Shown here one piece after another: positions 7,422 through 11,943 of a DNA stretch of 11,943 nt. Each line of letters begins with the position of its first letter. The stretch's first letter is position 1. Source of the stretch: Fonticula alba ATCC 38817 (Eukaryota > Protista > Nucleariida). The notes under the pieces are model-generated. The model had not been told where the DNA came from, searched no databases, and saw only the letters and a program-made list of their open reading frames with translations. The stretch is taken from the NCBI GenBank assembly GCA_000388065.2, contig KB932210.1; one strand, written 5' to 3'. Position numbers and translations under genes: made by a program.

Positions 7422-8104
7422 TGGCGTTTCCCCGTGTGGTGCACCGCCCGTGGTGTTCGCAGACACACACGCCAGGTGTGCCCTTTCACACGCACGCGCA
7501 TCCGCACATGCTACTCCCCTCCCCCCCCCCCTCCCCGCCTGCATGCGCGTGAGCCAGCAGACTGCCGCCCCTCTCGCCGCCCTCGTGGCCGTCTTTCTTG
7601 TCCGTCGCGAGGGAAAGGAGGGACCGCCTCTTCCCTCCTATTTTCACACCCCAACGAGTCTTCAATATATATATATAACATAAACACAGTCGCTCTCGTC
7701 TGGTCGGCCTTCCCGCGCCTGGTCGCGTGCGCCGCAAGCCCTCCGGCTCGCCTGTCGCCCGCCTCCTCCCTGGCAGACGGCGTGGTGTGCCAGGCCGGCC
7801 CCTGATCTGGGCGGTTGTCCCCCCTCCGAGCTGCTTCGTATGCCTGCCCCGTGTCCTTTCCTTCGGGCACAAGAGGGGGAGAAAAAAAAACAAACAAAAA
7901 CAAAAGCAGGCCCCGTGTGCCGCCCGGAGCCACGAGAGCAGCACGCCTTCGCCGCTGTCTTGCTGCCGACCTGCTGCCCTGCCTGGTCCGCCACCAACAG
8001 GGCAAGAGAGGGGAGGGCCAACCGGCGCGGGCAACGGACCCCCAAGCCCTTCCCAGCGGGAATGCCTTCATGTGGCCACCGCGCAGCAAGGCCAGGAGGA
8101 GCAA

Positions 8105-8175
8105 GCGTCGATGGTTTAGTGGTAGAATTGCCGCCTGCCACGCGGTAGACCCGGGTTCGATTCCCGGTCGACGCA
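8105..8175 (+). tRNA. tRNA-Gly (anticodon GCC), copy 2
   Basis: Identical to 4305-4375 (offset 3800). Confidence 0.97.
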
Positions 8176-8185
8176 CTCCTCTCTC

Positions 8186-8189
8186 TTTT
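8186..8189 (+). terminator. Pol III oligo-T terminator (T4) of tRNA-Gly copy 2
   Basis: Same position relative to the tRNA as in copy 1. Confidence 0.7.
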
Positions 8190-8243
8190 GCCGCGGCAGC
8201 CCCGCCGCTGCTCCTCCCTCGCCGTTCGCGGCAGCAAAAATGG

Positions 8244-8274
<31 letters not shown>

Positions 8275-8351
8275 GGCGCACGACGCTCCGTGAAACACAT
8301 GGGGCCAGAGGGGTTTCATTTTACCTTTTCCTCCCTCCCGCGCCTCTCTCG

Positions 8352-10957
8352 TCAGACACTGTCGTCGCGGGGGCGCACCCGGCGCGTCGGGCCTATCCAC
8401 CCGGCCTTCTGGAAAAAGTGATAGCACGCCTCCACCTTGTCCGGGTCCAGACCAACCAGCGCCTGCGCCCGGTCCAGTGTCAGCACCCCGTCCTTGTCGC
8501 CGGCCAGCTTCGCCTCCGACAGGAGGGTCTCCTTCAGGGTCAAATACGCGCGTGGCAGGAGCCGCAGGAAGGAGCACAGCCGCGCCTCCTCGGCCGACAG
8601 CAGCTGGAACCCCTCGCAGTGGGTGATGTCCAGCGGGCCCTGGCGGCGTGGGTGGGCAGCACCCTGTCGAAAGTCCACGCGCACAAGTGCACGCGGGCAT
8701 GCGCACGCGGTGTGGTCGGGGGGATTGCCGGGCCGGGGGGGCAGTTAGCAATCGATCACCGGGTCCGGCTCCTCCTGGTGGTGGGGAGGGCCCCCGGGGA
8801 GAGAAGGTGTGCCATGGCGGCACGGGTGTCGCACACGCACCTGGTGTTGGTCGCGCGCTGCGCGGTACTGTCGGGATGACACGGCGCCGGCGCCCGGCCC
8901 GGCCGAGCCCGGCCCGGAGGCACCCCCATGCCCCAGTCCCCCGGACATGAGTAGCGTCGATCCGGGCTTGACAACCCGATTGGCCGGGTCGTGATGCTGC
9001 CGAAGGAAGGGAGGTGAGTCAGCACAAACGGGCGGCGGCAAGGGGAAGGCACACAGCCATGTGTCGCAGGCAAAGGCGGAGAGAGACAGAGAAAGGGCAA
9101 GGTAGGCAGCAGCAGCAGCAGCAGCAGCGCACGCGAGCAATCTTGTCCAATTCGTATGTGGCCGCCGCGGCCTCGGTTCGGATGCCCGCCTGGCGGTACT
9201 CCTGCAGCTGGGCGATGCGCTGGCGGATGCGGTGCTCGTCTGTGGGCGGGCGGACGCGCCCGGCCGGAGTGTCAGCGCAACTTCGCCTCGTCTGGAGCAG
9301 ACTGTTCGGCCAGGGGGCAAAGAAAAAGGGCAGGCCCCCCCCCCCCCCCTCTCCCCGCCGGAGAACGCACTCAGTAGACCCTCAACGAAGAGGATGAAGT
9401 CCTCGTGCGACTGGAGCTTCGAGAAGACCTTGTATCGATTGATCAGATCTCGCTCTTCCTTGGACCGGTGCTTCTCCTCGGACCGGTACTGTATGTGTGT
9501 ATGTGTGTGTGTGTGTGTTTGCCAGAGGGGGGGGGGACACGCACCCCGGCGAGGGAAAAAAAAGAAAAAAAAAGAAGAACAGCGTCAGTCAGAGCACCGC
9601 GAAGCATGCTCAGAGGGCGAGCGAAAGAGGACACCGGCAGGCAGCGCACCAGGCTGAAGTTCACCAAGCCCCGTTCGAGGAGGAAGTTTCGCCTCTCATA
9701 CCGCCGTGCGAGGCGGTAGTTGTAGATTTCCAGCATCTTCAGCTTGAGCTCTGCACATGTCCGGCAGGTGGGCGAAAGGAAAGAAAGGCAACACACGGAC
9801 AATGGCCCCGGCCCCGGCCCCGGCCCGGAGGAGCGCACAGATCGTCCCCGGTCAGCCAGCATACAGCCTCCCACTCATCCCGATCAGCGGGCCGCGCAGA
9901 GCCACCAGCCAAAATGGAACCCCGCCCCGCCCCGGGCAAACGCACCGATGTCCTCCGGCGAGTCCTCCTCATCATTGAAGAAGAGATTGGTGATGGCCTG
10001 CTCGGCGTCATTGTCATGCTCGACCTCAAACTCCCCGCGCAGCGGCATGTAGGTCGGCAGCTCGTGGCACACCGGGCCGCTGGGATCCGGCTTCTCGTGG
10101 CGCAGGACCGGCGCCGGGAGGCTGCCGGCGCCGCGAGCCAGCGCCAGGCGCTTCCGCCGATACTCATGCTCCTCGACCGGGTCGATCGGGATGTCGGTGC
10201 GCTTGGTGGACCGGATCCCCGGGACCGCAAGAGGGAGCGACCAGGGCGGGCCAGCAACCAGGGACCAGGAACCACGGCAGCACGTCCCCCCCCCCCCCCC
10301 CAAAGATGGACAGCCAAATGGAAAGGAAGTCAGCGCATGCACACCACGCAGGATGGATTCGCCCCCGGCACCCCTGCACAGCATATCGGCCCCTCGTACC
10401 GGCATCGGCGCCTGGGGCCCGGTCAGGTAGATGCGCTTGTAGTGGTCGTCGATGTCCTCCGGAGTCTTGGTCCCCATGAAGACCGCCACATCGTACCAAC
10501 TCCCGAGCCCGTGCTTTTCGATGCCCTCCAGCAGGGCGATCTCCTCGTCGGCCCACCAGTCCGCCGTGAACAGCGGATAGTCCAGGGTGTCCAGCACATG
10601 ATACGGATGCTCGCGCAGGTGCAGGCCCACCTCGGCCCCGAGGGCAAAGCACTCGACGCACAGGTCGACATCCTCGCACACGGCGCACCGGATGCTGATG
10701 GAGCGCGTCACGTCCAGGCTGCACCCGCAGCAGTACTGCTTCTCGCGGCCTGGCTCGGGGTCAGTCAAGGGGCCGGATCAGCCACAGCCCGGTGGAGGGC
10801 GGGCGGGCGGGCGGGCGGGCGGGCGGGCGGGTGGGCGGAGGCCCCGCATCACAGGGATCGGCCACCGGGACGCACCTTTCAGCCGGAACCCCGGGCTGGT
10901 GGGGATATCCTCCGCGAGGATGCTCTCCAACTTGGCCCGGTCGATTGGATTGACCAT
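8352..10957 (-). CDS. ADA2: ADA2 copy 2: exons 10957-10876, 10749-10400, 10201-9946, 9750-9650, 9488-9371, 9239-9133, 8996-8841, 8663-8352
   Basis: Matches copy 1 at offset 3798, and the ORF-track translations are identical. Whether it is a real second locus is unresolved. Confidence 0.88.
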
Positions 10958-11017
10958 GCTTTCGGCCTATGTCCGCGCGTGCGTGTGATATGGATTGTGA
11001 GGGGGGACGGAGGCAGG

Positions 11018-11054
<37 letters not shown>

Positions 11055-11083
11055 AAAGAAAGAAAGACAGAGAGAGAGAGAGA
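11018..11083. repeat. (GA)n/(GAAA)n homopurine tract upstream of ADA2 (truncated by the gap in copy 1 at 7220-7249)
   Basis: Directly visible; reads (TC)n on the ADA2 sense strand. Confidence 0.9.
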
Positions 11084-11084
11084 T

Positions 11085-11094
11085 GTGATTGGCC
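11085..11094 (-). promoter_or_regulatory. Candidate CCAAT box (GGCCAATCAC) for ADA2
   Basis: Matches the NF-Y-type CCAAT consensus on the ADA2 sense strand about 130 nt upstream of the ATG. This is a motif match only. Confidence 0.4.
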
Positions 11095-11943
11095 ATCATG
11101 CGGGCTGCGCCCCGGTGGGGACCCCCTTCTGCCGAAGGGACGCGCCGTGGCAAAATGCCCTCCCCACCCCATCTCCAGGGGCGGAGGGATCGAGCGCCCC
11201 GCAGCCCGCAGCCATGCTCCTGCCCCGGGGACCGGGGGAAGGGGAAGATCGACCCCGCGCTGGCGTCTCGTGCCCCTCGACTGCCGGCCCTCCTCCGGGC
11301 GCCTTGCGCAGCGGCGGCGGCGGGAAGCGACTCATTGGGGGGAGCCCGCGCGCATCGCACCTCGTCGCCCGGCCGCGGCCTCCGGCGGGCGCCGGGGCCG
11401 ATCGAAGCAACGGCGGGAGGTGCTCCGGGATGTATCACATGCGCCCGGCACCACGGGCCGGAGCACATCACGGGCCGATCCTAAATGTCTTCCTGACCAC
11501 ATTCTTGCGCCCGACCGCCCGTAGTCCCGACCCGCGGCGAAGGGGTTGGCCGCTGGCCAGGCCGCAAGCGTCGATGCCCGCGCTGGGCCAGGCCCAGGTC
11601 CAGGGTAAACCGGGCTCCTGGCCGAGCAGCTGGGCAGGCGGGCAGGGGGGGCTGCCCGCCCGGGCGGCTCTGGCCGGGCGTGCGGCGGCGCGGTGGCGGA
11701 AAAGCTGCCAACTAACCAGACACCTGGCTCCCTGGCCTGGCCAGGCCGCCGGGCCTCGAGCGCGGAGCCAGGGCTGCGGGCCGCCTTCCGGCCAGCCTCC
11801 CCCCAGAGGGCGTCCGCGCAACAACGCGCGCCCCCCCCGCCCCCTTGTCTCCGGCCGGCCAGGGCCGGATGCGTGCCAATGGTCGGGTGCCGTGAAAATG
11901 TGGGCGCTGCCCGCGTCCCCCCCCCCCCCCCCCCCCCCCCCCC

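Larger units (their letters stand above)
7521..11047. repeat. ~3.5 kb direct repeat, copy 2
   Basis: Only difference seen: (CA)13 at 8245-8270 versus (CA)14 at 4445-4472. The homopolymer runs I checked (C15, C16, G10, A8/A9) have equal lengths in both copies. Confidence 0.97.

Noticed and set aside
3721-11047. Possibility that the repeated block is a mobile element
   Set aside because: No transposase, RT or integrase, no terminal inverted repeats, LTRs or target-site duplication; the cargo is housekeeping genes.
11555-11576. GGCCAGG..GCAAGCGTCGATG resembling the tRNA-Gly leader and 5' end (attachment-site-like echo)
   Set aside because: A 13-nt exact match is near chance expectation for all-against-all comparison in a window this size and GC content; integration sites usually duplicate the tRNA 3' end, and no integrase is present.
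11420-11870. 9-bp inverted repeat (11420-11428/11458-11466) and frequent GGCC/CTGGCC words
   Set aside because: Modest relative to the very high local GC content; no periodic spacing, so not a CRISPR-like or tandem array.

Overview
GC-rich, intron-rich, microsatellite-rich eukaryotic (probably protist; taxon not determinable here) scaffold with two 10-N gaps (2067-2076, 7250-7259). It holds a spliced Rab32/38-family GTPase gene (+, about 2155-3684), a tRNA-Gly(GCC) (+, 4305-4375) and a convergent 8-exon ADA2 (ZZ-SANT-SWIRM, SAGA adaptor) gene (-, 7159-4554). The ~3.5 kb block carrying tRNA-Gly and ADA2 recurs almost identically after the second gap (7521-11047); the only difference I could find by eye is one CA unit. 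This is either a very recent duplication or an assembly/haplotype artefact. The best secondary signals are a probable 12-nt start-codon microexon in the Rab gene, a uniform GT(G/A)CG donor consensus, a stop-free 198-nt in-frame intron candidate in ADA2, and a 28-bp perfect palindrome in a Z-DNA-type tract near the duplication junction. Bases 1-1950 and 11100-11943 contain no protein I recognise. I found no convincing novel multi-gene system. Gene models were assembled by eye from splice signals and recalled family motifs, with no database search.
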